A stretch of 64,000 nucleotides of DNA from Chlorobiota bacterium (GTDB lineage Bacteria; Bacteroidota; Ignavibacteria; Kapaibacteriales; UBA961), in contig JBDHXA010000001.1 in NCBI GenBank assembly GCA_039810485.1, positions 756 to 64,755 on the forward strand. Reading direction: 5' to 3'. Position numbers and translations under genes: made by a program. Below the pieces are notes generated by a model. It searched no databases. It saw only the letters and a program-made list of their open reading frames with translations, and was not told where the DNA came from. Shown here one piece after another: positions 28,382 through 38,863 of the stretch (its first letter is position 1; every line of letters begins with the position of its first letter).

Positions 28382-29599
28382 TTATTTTAGAATTGCAGTA
28401 ACATCAGTTTGCGCGTCTGCAAGGGCTTGCGCTGCTGTTTTTTGTCCGTAAAGCGCTTCTACAACGGCGTTTTCGATTATGGATTCTATGTCAAGCCATC
28501 GAGGTTGCACAGGAGTCATTTTGGCATGAGCGAGCTGCTGTGCAAAAATAGAACGATTCTTAGCTGTGTTGAAATATGCGTCGTTGAATGTTGATTTGTC
28601 TGCTGGGAAGCCGGCATCTGCATTTTTTTTACAGAAATTGAGAGCAATTTTGCCATCTGAAAGATAGCGAATAAATTTTTCGGCTAATTGCTGATTTGAT
28701 GACTTTGCATTTATAGCAAGATATTCTCCGCCGGCAAAAGACATTCCGGGCTGTTTCATTGCCGGAACAAGGGCAACGCCATAGTTAAGAGACGGATTGC
28801 CCGCTTCAATTTTCTGCGTTAGCCAGCCACCTGAAAACCAAAAGCCAATTTTCCCTTGCACAAACGCGGCATCAAGCTCGCGTTGGGTTTCTATGCGACC
28901 TGCGCGAGAAAGGGAAACATACATGTTGAGCGCTTCAATATTTGCAGTAGAATTGAGCGACGGATTGCCGGATGAATCGAAAATGTCGCCGCCATTGCTC
29001 CAAACAAAAGGCAGAAATTTTTTATAGAGACGGTGAGGGTCTGATCCATTGGCGCCAAAGCCGTCTGCTCCTTCAAATTGTTGAATTTTTTCTGCTAAAT
29101 TGAGCATTTCGGACATTGTAGCCGGTGGAGCATCCGAAAGCCCTGCTTTTTTCATAAGATTCTTATTATAGAATAGAACTCGAGTGTCAACAACCCAAGG
29201 AAGAGCGAATTGTTTGCCGGAAAACATGGCTGGAGCAAGAGAAAAATCAGAAAATCTTTTGCGGTCATTTGTGTCATTCAATTCACGCAAAACATTGGCA
29301 GAAGAAAATTGCGCCACCCAATCCGAGCCGAGTTCGAGTACATCGGGCGCTTTGCCCGAATTGAATGCCGCAAGAAGTTTTGTCTTGCCGTCGCCCCAGC
29401 TAAGCGCTGTGGCATTTATTGTACAATGCTCCTGTTTCTCAAAATCGGCAATTATTTCTTTTATGACCTTTTCTTGCGAAGGTTCACTCCAGAAATGCCA
29501 AAAAGTAATAGTGTTTGGAGCATTTTGCTCTTTATTGCCGCTGCAGCTTGCCAGCAATAACAAACCGAGAGAATATAATAGAATTGCGTTTTTTTTCAT
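28382..29599 (-). CDS. ABC transporter substrate-binding lipoprotein (family 1, carbohydrate type)
   Basis: Lipobox LLLASCSG. Typical family-1 solute-binding features (ITFWHFW, PDVLELGSDWV, LPWVVDTRVLFYNK). Confidence 0.8.
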   Translation of the reverse strand: MKKNAILLYSLGLLLLASCSGNKEQNAPNTITFWHFWSEPSQEKVIKEIIADFEKQEHCTINATALSWGDGKTKLLAAFNSGKAPDVLELGSDWVAQFSSANVLRELNDTNDRKRFSDFSLAPAMFSGKQFALPWVVDTRVLFYNKNLMKKAGLSDAPPATMSEMLNLAEKIQQFEGADGFGANGSDPHRLYKKFLPFVWSNGGDIFDSSGNPSLNSTANIEALNMYVSLSRAGRIETQRELDAAFVQGKIGFWFSGGWLTQKIEAGNPSLNYGVALVPAMKQPGMSFAGGEYLAINAKSSNQQLAEKFIRYLSDGKIALNFCKKNADAGFPADKSTFNDAYFNTAKNRSIFAQQLAHAKMTPVQPRWLDIESIIENAVVEALYGQKTAAQALADAQTDVTAILK

Positions 29600-29643
29600 T
29601 GTTGTTCCTCAAATATATGGCGCGGGAATGCTCTATAAAAAAA

Positions 29644-29677
29644 GACCTGACACGCATAGCATAATTTGTGTCAGGCC
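29644..29677 (-). terminator. intrinsic terminator after the M16 pair
   Basis: Stem cctgacac/gtgtcagg (plus a flanking G:C pair), followed on the minus strand by a 7-nt T run (+ strand A run 29637-29643). Confidence 0.65.
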
Positions 29678-29696
29678 TTGGAATTGAAGATGTCAA

Positions 29697-31778
29697 TTAT
29701 GGAGTGAATTCTTTATCGTCAATAGGGCTGTTTACTTCATAAGAAAATTCTGATTTTAGCGTTGCTCCGCCAAGATCGGTTTCGCTCATGAGAGGCAGCA
29801 TCACGCCGGATATTAATTTATAGTTGGAAAACTTTTGAGTAATACTGATTTCTCCGCGAGGCGTCTTTTGAGGCGCTTCTTCTTTGGTTAGCAAAAATGT
29901 TTTTGCATCGAAATACAAATGCTTTTTCGTGCCGGAAGCATAAGCAACTTCTAGGTCGTACACGCCATCTTTTAGTCCAATAAGGTTTAGCTGCTTAACA
30001 TTAGGATTTTGAGTTAAATGCGCAGTCGGGAATATATAGGCGTCGTCTAAGCGGTCTTCGGCTTCATCAGCCGAAGCCTCATGTGCTGGCTGCCCCATGC
30101 TTGACATCCAAACTTTAGAATTGTTAATCCACATCTTTTGCTTCATCATGCCCAAATCAATAGCTATTGCTGCCTTGCCGCCTTCTTTGTTCTTTCTTGT
30201 TATTGTTCCTGTCATTTGATTAGCTCCCATTTCAATTGATGCTTTCCCTTTGGCGATCAATGTTTTAATTGAATTGAGATTGGCTTCTCCGCCTAATGCG
30301 GCAATATGCTTGGTCAGCAGATCTGAAGTCGTCATCGCGGTCTTTTCAGCAGCTTTTATTGGTTTTAAGTCAAGATCGTATTCATAAACAGCCCCAAGAT
30401 TTTTTAATGCGGGAAGCACATCCGGACTGCCAACTACTACGATAGAAGTTTGTGCGGGCTTGACATATTTTTCAGCGGCAGCCAGCACTTGCTGTGGTGT
30501 GATAGCCATATAGCGTGTCGGATAGTCCTTAACCCACGATATTGGCTTGTCGGAATTGATAGCATTCAAAATAATATTAGCGACGGTTTCCGAGCTTTCA
30601 AAAGCTAATAGATAATTGCCGACAACATAGCGCTTCATGTCGGTAAGCTCATTTTCTGGCACCGGCTCGCTGCTAATTTTTGCAAGTTCGCGTCTGATAA
30701 CGATAATTGTCGAATCGGTAACGGCGTTACGGACTTCGGCAAAACACGTAAAACGATTAGCAACATTAGCATTTGTCAGATAAGCATAAGGCGAATATGT
30801 GTATGAATAAGTTTCGCGCAAAGTTTTATTGAGTCGTCCGCCGAAACTATTCCCCATAACATTGCCGCAAAGCTGCAATGCCTCGTATTGTGGATCGTTG
30901 CTTGCCATTGCAAGCGAAGTGGTTTGAATTGACGATTGAACAGAAGAAGGGCGATGGATAAAATAAATGCCTATTGGTTCAGGCTTAGCCGGAGGTATGC
31001 TCAGTTTTGGAGTTGCGCCTTTTTTCCAACCGGAAAAAGTTTTCTCGAGCATTTTTTTTGCTTCGTCAGGCGTAATATCTCCTGAGATTGCCATAACAAT
31101 ATTGTTTGGAACAAAATATGACAAATGCAGTTTCTTAACGTCGTCAAGCGAAATAGAATTTAGGGACTCTTCAGTAGCTTTTCTGCTGTAAGGATGCTCC
31201 ATGCCGTATGTTACTTTGCGCGCCATTGACGCTCCTACTTGCATTGCATTTCCGCGCTGACTTTTCACAGAGGCAATGTTTTGCGCAAGCGTCTTGTCAA
31301 ACTCATCCTTTGGGAAAGTTGGGCGCATAACTGCGTCTGCCAATACTTCTAGTAGTATAGGCAAATGTTTCTTTAATGCGTCGCCAGACACAGAAAAACG
31401 ATCGCCGCCGCTGGAAGCAGCTATCGAGGCGCCTACGCCATCGAGTGTATTGGCAATATCATTGGCAGTGCGTTTTCCAGCTCCTTTTGTCAGCATGTCA
31501 CACATAAGCGAGGCAAGACCGCTTTTTGCATTGTCTGAATAATCGCCACCGTAGAGGGTCATTCGAAAATTAACGATTGGCTGTTCGTGGTCTTCAATGA
31601 CAAAGAGTCGAATCCCGTTGGAGAGTGTAGTTTCCGAATATTTAGGAAACGACATAGACGCAGCAGGCAAAGCACCTGGTTTGTGTGAAAAATCTGCTGG
31701 CTGTGCTTGACTGATAACTGCTGCACAACATATAATTGATAAAAAAACTATAGAGCGAATTACTTGGCTATATTTCAT
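29697..31778 (-). CDS. M16 family peptidase, non-catalytic-type subunit with extra C-terminal LolA-like domain
   Basis: M16 fold without HxxEH. Signal peptide from ATG 31778. An additional ~240 aa at the C-terminus (LNSIKTL...G.....) resembles lipoprotein-sorting/LolA-fold domains. Confidence 0.7.
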   Translation of the reverse strand: MKYSQVIRSIVFLSIICCAAVISQAQPADFSHKPGALPAASMSFPKYSETTLSNGIRLFVIEDHEQPIVNFRMTLYGGDYSDNAKSGLASLMCDMLTKGAGKRTANDIANTLDGVGASIAASSGGDRFSVSGDALKKHLPILLEVLADAVMRPTFPKDEFDKTLAQNIASVKSQRGNAMQVGASMARKVTYGMEHPYSRKATEESLNSISLDDVKKLHLSYFVPNNIVMAISGDITPDEAKKMLEKTFSGWKKGATPKLSIPPAKPEPIGIYFIHRPSSVQSSIQTTSLAMASNDPQYEALQLCGNVMGNSFGGRLNKTLRETYSYTYSPYAYLTNANVANRFTCFAEVRNAVTDSTIIVIRRELAKISSEPVPENELTDMKRYVVGNYLLAFESSETVANIILNAINSDKPISWVKDYPTRYMAITPQQVLAAAEKYVKPAQTSIVVVGSPDVLPALKNLGAVYEYDLDLKPIKAAEKTAMTTSDLLTKHIAALGGEANLNSIKTLIAKGKASIEMGANQMTGTITRKNKEGGKAAIAIDLGMMKQKMWINNSKVWMSSMGQPAHEASADEAEDRLDDAYIFPTAHLTQNPNVKQLNLIGLKDGVYDLEVAYASGTKKHLYFDAKTFLLTKEEAPQKTPRGEISITQKFSNYKLISGVMLPLMSETDLGGATLKSEFSYEVNSPIDDKEFTP

Positions 31779-31813
31779 AGTGATAAATGTATTCTTGATA
31801 AGTGAAAGGAAAA

Positions 31814-33145
31814 TTAGCTTTTGGGAATATAAGACAACACTACGCATTTATCAATAGTAAGATATTGGCGAGCAACACGAAGTAAATCATTCTTTGTAAC
31901 TTTCATGTATTGTTCAAGCTCGTTGTTGATTAAATTCGTTTTGCCGTAGAAAGTATAATATTTTGCTAATGCTTGTGCTTTTTCCAACGCTTCCTTCTTT
32001 CCATAAATAAAGCGAACCTCTTGAATATTTTTTGCTTTTTTAAATTCTTCGTCCGTAACGCCGTCTCTTTTTATCATTTCAAGTTCTTCAGTTATCAGTC
32101 GCTCTACTTCGCCGGTTGATTTGCCCGGAGCGGCAATTCCAATGAACGAAAGACGGCCGGCATATTCCATATCCCAAAGAAAGCTTGCAGTGCGAACGGC
32201 TGCCTGCTCTTTGTCGACCAAACGCTGATAAAGCCGCGAACTCTCTCCTGAACCTAAAATATCCATAAGCATATTTAAGGCATAGGCGTCGGGCTGGCCA
32301 ATTTTAGCCCCGCGCATCGACATATAAACTGCTGGCAATTGAGCTTTTGGATCTTCTATTGTTTCGTGCTTAACGCCTTCCAACGGTGGCAGAATAAAAT
32401 CATGACGTTTGATTTCTTCGCCACGAGGCATCCAGCCAAAATAATCTTGGATGTATTTTTTAACGTCGGAAATCGAAAAATCGCCAACTACAGCAAGAGT
32501 TGCATTATTCGGCTGGTAATAGGTGTTATAGAATTGGCGAAACTCTCCGATAGCAGCAGAATCTATGTGTTGCGATGAGCCGATGGGAGTCCATTCATAA
32601 TTGCTGCCGGCAAATAAATATTTTGTTGTTAATTCATTCCATGATCCGTAAGGGCTGTTATCATAACGCATACGGCGTTCTTCCTTTACAACGCCACGCT
32701 GAGTTTCAACACCCACAGTGTCTACAAGCAGGGTGCGCATACGCTGCGCTTCTATCCAAATCGGTAACCGAACTTCATTCGCAGGTACTTCGTTATGGTA
32801 AACTGTTTCATCTACCGATGTATATGCATTAAGTTTTCCGCCTATACTTTCAATATATTTCGATATAGACCCACGAGGAATGTCTTTTGTGCCTTCAAAC
32901 ATTAAATGTTCGAAAAAATGAGCAAAACCAGTGCGCTTTGGGTCTTCATCGCGGCAGCCTACGCGATAATGCACTACTGTTGCAACGATGGGAGCAGATT
33001 TGTCAACGCTTAGAATAACATGCAATCCATTTGAAAGATTATATTCTTCAAATGCAATAGGATTCATTTGCGCGAATAATTGTGGCGAACTCGCAATGGC
33101 CAGAATTGCAATAGCAATCGGCGTGAGCAGAGTTGTACGGATCAT
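31814..33145 (-). CDS. M16 family zinc peptidase (pitrilysin-like, catalytic subunit)
   Basis: HFFEHLMFEGT inverted zinc motif. Signal peptide from ATG 33145. Confidence 0.85.
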   Translation of the reverse strand: MIRTTLLTPIAIAILAIASSPQLFAQMNPIAFEEYNLSNGLHVILSVDKSAPIVATVVHYRVGCRDEDPKRTGFAHFFEHLMFEGTKDIPRGSISKYIESIGGKLNAYTSVDETVYHNEVPANEVRLPIWIEAQRMRTLLVDTVGVETQRGVVKEERRMRYDNSPYGSWNELTTKYLFAGSNYEWTPIGSSQHIDSAAIGEFRQFYNTYYQPNNATLAVVGDFSISDVKKYIQDYFGWMPRGEEIKRHDFILPPLEGVKHETIEDPKAQLPAVYMSMRGAKIGQPDAYALNMLMDILGSGESSRLYQRLVDKEQAAVRTASFLWDMEYAGRLSFIGIAAPGKSTGEVERLITEELEMIKRDGVTDEEFKKAKNIQEVRFIYGKKEALEKAQALAKYYTFYGKTNLINNELEQYMKVTKNDLLRVARQYLTIDKCVVLSYIPKS

Positions 33146-33265
33146 AGATTTTTCACTGTAAAACTGTGGAACAAAAGATGAAAGAATTATTAGCAATCTT
33201 ATGCTATTAGCCCACAAAAGTACGATATTTTGCTTAGATGTTGCATGAAGCGCGAAAGCGGCAAA

Positions 33266-36200
33266 TCATTCTATTCGCACTTTGCCCGAGCCATGTGCTG
33301 AATGATAATCTCCGCGATACATTGCATCGGCAGTTGTCGGGCCGAGAGTAAATACGCCTTTAGACACAGCGCGAGCCAAATAATAATAATGCTGCTCATT
33401 CCCTATAACGGTTGTGAATATATTTATGCGATCATCGCGTATGTCAAAATGTTCTGGAGAAGCATTGTCCTTTATCCATGATAGTTCCGGGACAGCGCCT
33501 ATGCGAGGATTTTCAATTTCAAAGCCGGCCGGAAGCAAATCAGTAATAACAACGTTTTTGACGGTCGATCGATCGGTAGTCGAAACTGTTAGCTTAACAA
33601 CTATGAGGTCGTTCTGACGGAAATTATTGCTTGTTATTAAACTGCCTTTTCGATCGAAGTATGCGCGTCGCACTTTGAGATAGTTGTCCTCTTGTTTGAA
33701 ACTGCCGTCGCTGCTCAAACCTTCAAGCTCCCAGAAATAGTACATTGTGCCGCCGGTTGCCGCAATTCGGATCGTTTGTCCGGCAATGCCATTGTTAATC
33801 GCTGCCGGCAATTCGCTAGCAGTTCCCAATATTTTGCTGCCGGAATAAATTGCGGCTTCAGCATTCGTTGAAGTGTTTTTACGAGCAATTTTGCCTAAAG
33901 CTAGTATTGCAAAGGCATTTTCCTGTGTTGAGAAAAGCCGACCACGAGTGCGAATTTGTTCTGACAGATGACGCGCTAAAGCAGGAATTTGACTGTTCTC
34001 GGCATCAGCTTCTAACAGCGTATTGAGGGCGATTGCCATATCGCGCACAGGCGAAGCAAAGCTGCCTCCCGTCATTGGCTCGCTCATTTCACCGTAAAAA
34101 GAAGCTGGCAGCATTGAGTAATATGTTTTATCATTGCCTGTAATCCGAAAAGCGCAAGCAAGCAAATACTTTGAGTCGAGAGCCAATATATTGGGAGATG
34201 CGCGATAGAAATTCATCGAAGGTATTTCTTCTCTGCCGCAGAGAGCTAATACATAAAGTGAATAAGCGACTTCTTTCGGCGCAATTTCTCGTGTTTTTAA
34301 TGTGTTCTTTGCATCGTAATAGCGATATTGCACAGTCTTTCGCTCTTTGATTTTCTGCGATAAATATCCAAGCATGCGCTTCTGAATTTCGGGGTTGATA
34401 TCATAGCCGGCTTGCTGTGCTTCACGAAGGAAATGCGCCGCGTATGCTGTACCCCACCAACTTTCAGCATCGCCTCCTTGCCAATAGCTTACAGAGCCGT
34501 TATAGAGCTGCATCGCCTCAACTTTGCGAATTGCCTGCTGCACATTGAATCCGGGATTTGAGGGTGCAGCTTTTTTATCCAGAATAGCCTTGGCCAAATC
34601 CGTATAATATATTTGCGGAAATGCAGTGGAAATTATTTGCTCCACACAGCCATAAGGATATTCTGCCAAATCACGGAGATTGCTGGTAAATTGCACTAAT
34701 GGAGATCGTCCTACAATAAGTTTGGCAGACATGCTTGAAGGCATATATGAACCGTTAATTGCAACATTAACGGGTTGTCCTGCCTGCACGACTCCATCGC
34801 CGGAAGTTTTGAGCAAGCCGGCAGCAGGACGCACAGAGAACTCGGTCTTTTCAGTAAATGTTTCGCCGAAAGCTGATGCTGATATATTAACGCTTGCAAT
34901 TCCTGAAGAAAACTGGGCGACCGCGCGAAAAATGATTTGCGCTTCACTATTCGGCTGCATCGCTGCGGTTATTTTTGCAGGACCTAGAATTGTGATTGGC
35001 CCCGAGGCGTTAATTGACGCAGTCGCTTGGCCTTGTTTGGATGTTGTATTGGTCATGGTTACCGGAATGGCGAGAGTGTCGCTGGGCGAGCAGAAACGGG
35101 GCAACGCCGAGCTTATTACCAAAGGATCGGCAATAGTTATGCGCTTTTCGGCCGAACCGAAAGATTTATTTTTATAAGCGACTGCCATTACGCGCAAAGC
35201 GCCGGAGAATTGGGGAATATCAACGTTAAACGTTGCCGTTCCATCACTTCCTGTTTTTATAATGCCGCTCCATAACGCTATGAGCTTAGCACGCTTGGCT
35301 GTAAAAGGATTTACTCTTTTATTGAGGTCATAGCCGTCGCCGCCGGCGCTCAAGCGCCGCTTCATAAATTCGGGGAAGAGCAGCGGATAGACATTATAAG
35401 AGCGAACCTCAAGTGCCCGCTTTGCATAAAAATACCCATGCGGATCAGGTGTACGAAAATCTTTGAGCTGTAAAATACCCTCGTCAACAATTGCTATTGT
35501 AACCTGAGAATTCGGCTCGCCTGATCGCACGGTAATTGTCTGTTTAACGTTTGACCGAGATTTTTCGACAGCATTTATGGTTACAGGCAGTTTTGTAGAG
35601 GGCTTCTCAACATAAATTGGCGCAAAACCGTTTGCTACGGTAAGCGGCATTGAGCCGTCATCGAGAGGGCGAAAAAGCGTTGCAGTTATGTATGCATTTG
35701 GAAGAAACTCCTCTTTAATTGGCAGCGCTAACACAGCAGAGCGCTTGTCAGTTTGAAGCATAAAATGTTCTATTACTCGATTGCGCTCTACTGTAACAAG
35801 CAATTTTCCGGAAAATGGTGTTTTGAACAACACATTTGCCTTGTCTCCAATTTTATACGACGACTTGTCTAATTCAATATCTATTTGACCTTCTTTGTTT
35901 ACTTGAAATGACGAGGTTTCGGTTAATCCCCAGCCATAAGCATAGAACTTTCGCGAAACATACCTATCAGTGCCCGGGCGATAAACACGTATTTCATATT
36001 CGCCGGAAGCTTGCGGAACAAAGCTAAAAGTAGAGCCGTTGCCGCTTATTGTCATGCTTCGTTCGGAGAGAATTTGCTCTTGCTTTTGACTTACAGTTCT
36101 AAAGCCCTCGCCCCATTCTTCGCGTTCCACTACATTTTGCCAGACAAATTTTACGAGCTGCACTCTTGCCTGCGCGCCGGAATGTTTGCCGCCGTCAGGC

Positions 36201-38674
36201 GTTGCTGCAATAATCTCTACGTTTAGCTGCCTTTGCGTTGAAACATAGGTGTCGAAATGCTTAATGCCGAAAAAGACGTTTTGAGTAATAATATCGAATT
36301 GTCTGGCTCGATTGACCGGACGTCCTGTTTCGTCGAAAACAGTAGCGAAAATTTTGCCTGACAATATGCCCATATCGGCATATTCCTTAGGAATTGAGAA
36401 TGTTTCATGCGCTTCACCGGCTTCATTTGTTTTGCCTGCGCGACTTACTTTTTCAAATTCGGGATTATTCGGCGATATGACGTCGAAGTTGTAATCTGTA
36501 AAATTTCTCGAATTAAATTGCTTGCGCGTTAAAGAAAATTCCATCTGATAATTTCTGTTTGCAGCAGGCGGCCCGAAGAGATTGGCTGCGCGCAGATTTG
36601 TATTAACGGTTTCGCCAATATTATATCGCTCCTTTTCGGCAGTAAAATTAACTGATATTCGATCGGGCATAAACTCCTCTACGCTAATATATTGCGATGT
36701 CAGCAATATATCGTTTGCCGAGTATAACTCTGCCGTGTAAGTTCCAGTTACTATATTATTAGGCAGTTCTATTGCGCTTTCGAACGCTCCTTGAGCATCG
36801 AGAGTATGGCGCGTTGAGCGATATTCATTGCCATTCGGAAGCAATAGCTTGAGTTTTACAGGAATGCTCTCGACTGTGCCCCAAGATCCGTCGCGAAGTA
36901 TGCCGGTGAGATGAATTGTTTCGCCCGGACGATAAATATTTCTATCGCCGTACAAAAATGCTTGATATCCAGCCGCATTGTCAAATCGTCCTCCAACATC
37001 GAACCGTGATGTTTCTACGCGAGTTTTATTAAAATAGAGAAAGGTAAACTCTTTGTCTTTTTGTGCGGTAATCATACGCACTTTGAATCCCGGTGCTTTT
37101 GTTTTTATGCCGGAAAATACTGCAACACCATCAGATCCTGTAGTAGTTTTATATATTTGTTGATTATTCGAGCTTATCAGCTGAAGCGCAACGCCGCCAA
37201 CCGGCGCGGCATCAATTAGCGAATTAGCAAAAACTGTAATTTCATTGTCGGTTTCTTTGGCTATAAGACCAATATCTGAAATTGCAATTGGTTTGGCTGC
37301 TGTCAGATATTCTTCATCATCAGATTTTACTCTTATAAAATACAGGCCTTTGAACAATGTTTTGTCGGTAAAATCCAATTTTAAGGTTCGAAAGTTCTGA
37401 TATTTAGGCAGATTCTTTGTTTCAATATATTTATCTTCAATTATATCGCCATAAGGATCAGTTTCCATCCAATCATAGTTGGAATAATCCTCGCCAGATT
37501 CTTCGTCGTGCCAGCCGCTTCCATTGCGCATGAATGACAAAACATTATTCTCGTAAATTTTATAGATCTGCACTCTGATTTTTGGCACGTTGGCTATGCG
37601 AAGTCCAATAGTTTTTTCACCCTTTGATGAGAGATACATTGCTTTTTTTTCAGTAAATTCAATTGTTGGGCTCATTTCGCCAAATTGGACATATTGCGAA
37701 TATGCATTCCGCATTTCACTGCCGATTACTCCAATAAGCCGGCCGCTTATAGTGATGCTGTACGTCTGCTCTGCCAAGAAATTGCCTTTAATGATAAGTC
37801 CTTGTTCTGCTTGCTCTACAGATATTCCAGAAACGTCTGGCGATATTGAAACAAGTGAGCGAATATCAGTATTTTCAACTGATTGTGAAGTTGTTACATT
37901 TATGATCGGCTCTGAACCTTCAAAGCTGGCATTTATGCCGGTTACTGCTATTTTATCTCGCGATGGCATTGCAAAAGAAATCTCTTGTGGCTCATGAGTA
38001 AGCGAACCGCTCTCAACGCATCGCAGCCCTTTGTCAATTTTTATTTTAAGTGTAGGGTATCCTGTGGGCATATTTTCAAGGTCTGCAATTGAAACGACAA
38101 TTTGCTGCCCCGCAATTTGTTGCGGAACGGAGTGTTTAAGCGGAGTTCCGTCGGCAGAAACAAAAAGAAGTTTTGCAACATCATCAGGGCTGACTGTTTC
38201 AGTAAATTGCAGCAATGCGCGCAATTCAACTTTGCCGATCTGGGATTTTGTCCAAAATCCGTTGGCAGCACTTAATGTAAGATATGTAGTATGAAATTTT
38301 ATTTCTTTATTTGCAGACAGCGACTTGCCTTTTGTATTCCGCAGCAAAGCGTCTGTTAGTGCTGCAACATAGTCGGTGGCGGGTTTAAAGCCGGAAGAAG
38401 GTGAAAATTCAAGATCAACCGGACTTGTCCATCGAAATTTGCCGGAAATTTTTGGCGTGAATTCCAAATACGAAACTGTATCCCAATTGCCGGTAAGCGA
38501 ATCGGCGATCAGCGGGGTGTCGAAAGTGAATTGCAGATTTTGAAAACGCTGCACTTCATCATTGAAATTTTTGCTTGCTATGGAAATCTCGCCGCCGCCG
38601 CATGATGGCAGCAACAGCGGCAATACAAAACAACATAATGCGATTAGCAGGTTTGCTATACGTTTTGCAGTCAT
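33266..38674 (-). CDS. bacterial alpha-2-macroglobulin family lipoprotein with thioester motif
   Basis: About 1800 aa. Lipobox LLLPSCGG from ATG 38674. Thioester motif EYPYGCVEQ is encoded at 34637-34648. Confidence 0.85.
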   Translation of the reverse strand: MTAKRIANLLIALCCFVLPLLLPSCGGGEISIASKNFNDEVQRFQNLQFTFDTPLIADSLTGNWDTVSYLEFTPKISGKFRWTSPVDLEFSPSSGFKPATDYVAALTDALLRNTKGKSLSANKEIKFHTTYLTLSAANGFWTKSQIGKVELRALLQFTETVSPDDVAKLLFVSADGTPLKHSVPQQIAGQQIVVSIADLENMPTGYPTLKIKIDKGLRCVESGSLTHEPQEISFAMPSRDKIAVTGINASFEGSEPIINVTTSQSVENTDIRSLVSISPDVSGISVEQAEQGLIIKGNFLAEQTYSITISGRLIGVIGSEMRNAYSQYVQFGEMSPTIEFTEKKAMYLSSKGEKTIGLRIANVPKIRVQIYKIYENNVLSFMRNGSGWHDEESGEDYSNYDWMETDPYGDIIEDKYIETKNLPKYQNFRTLKLDFTDKTLFKGLYFIRVKSDDEEYLTAAKPIAISDIGLIAKETDNEITVFANSLIDAAPVGGVALQLISSNNQQIYKTTTGSDGVAVFSGIKTKAPGFKVRMITAQKDKEFTFLYFNKTRVETSRFDVGGRFDNAAGYQAFLYGDRNIYRPGETIHLTGILRDGSWGTVESIPVKLKLLLPNGNEYRSTRHTLDAQGAFESAIELPNNIVTGTYTAELYSANDILLTSQYISVEEFMPDRISVNFTAEKERYNIGETVNTNLRAANLFGPPAANRNYQMEFSLTRKQFNSRNFTDYNFDVISPNNPEFEKVSRAGKTNEAGEAHETFSIPKEYADMGILSGKIFATVFDETGRPVNRARQFDIITQNVFFGIKHFDTYVSTQRQLNVEIIAATPDGGKHSGAQARVQLVKFVWQNVVEREEWGEGFRTVSQKQEQILSERSMTISGNGSTFSFVPQASGEYEIRVYRPGTDRYVSRKFYAYGWGLTETSSFQVNKEGQIDIELDKSSYKIGDKANVLFKTPFSGKLLVTVERNRVIEHFMLQTDKRSAVLALPIKEEFLPNAYITATLFRPLDDGSMPLTVANGFAPIYVEKPSTKLPVTINAVEKSRSNVKQTITVRSGEPNSQVTIAIVDEGILQLKDFRTPDPHGYFYAKRALEVRSYNVYPLLFPEFMKRRLSAGGDGYDLNKRVNPFTAKRAKLIALWSGIIKTGSDGTATFNVDIPQFSGALRVMAVAYKNKSFGSAEKRITIADPLVISSALPRFCSPSDTLAIPVTMTNTTSKQGQATASINASGPITILGPAKITAAMQPNSEAQIIFRAVAQFSSGIASVNISASAFGETFTEKTEFSVRPAAGLLKTSGDGVVQAGQPVNVAINGSYMPSSMSAKLIVGRSPLVQFTSNLRDLAEYPYGCVEQIISTAFPQIYYTDLAKAILDKKAAPSNPGFNVQQAIRKVEAMQLYNGSVSYWQGGDAESWWGTAYAAHFLREAQQAGYDINPEIQKRMLGYLSQKIKERKTVQYRYYDAKNTLKTREIAPKEVAYSLYVLALCGREEIPSMNFYRASPNILALDSKYLLACAFRITGNDKTYYSMLPASFYGEMSEPMTGGSFASPVRDMAIALNTLLEADAENSQIPALARHLSEQIRTRGRLFSTQENAFAILALGKIARKNTSTNAEAAIYSGSKILGTASELPAAINNGIAGQTIRIAATGGTMYYFWELEGLSSDGSFKQEDNYLKVRRAYFDRKGSLITSNNFRQNDLIVVKLTVSTTDRSTVKNVVITDLLPAGFEIENPRIGAVPELSWIKDNASPEHFDIRDDRINIFTTVIGNEQHYYYLARAVSKGVFTLGPTTADAMYRGDYHSAHGSGKVRIE

Positions 38675-38863
38675 TGGGAAGCAGTGAATTTGATTGAATT
38701 GAAAATTTTTGCGGAAGAGAGTTAAGAAGTAATGTCGCGAAATTACAAAACGAGTTTGGTTATCCAAGAAATGCATACAAAATCACGATGCAAACGCACT
38801 TGTTTATGCAAAGCTTTACAGTAGGCTATGCAGCAACATTGAAATATAAAACTTAAGAAAAAG

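Noticed and set aside
31779-31847. Apparent 34-nt overlap between the two M16 ORFs, and similar N-terminal extensions of ORF-track entries (33146-33217, 38675-38776, 40154-40186, 48030-48068, 56828-56872, 50737-50754, 13968-14006, 6586-6621, 2409-2432)
   Set aside because: Internal ATG codons directly precede canonical signal peptides or conserved N-termini. The longer forms add non-hydrophobic junk or overlap neighbouring genes.
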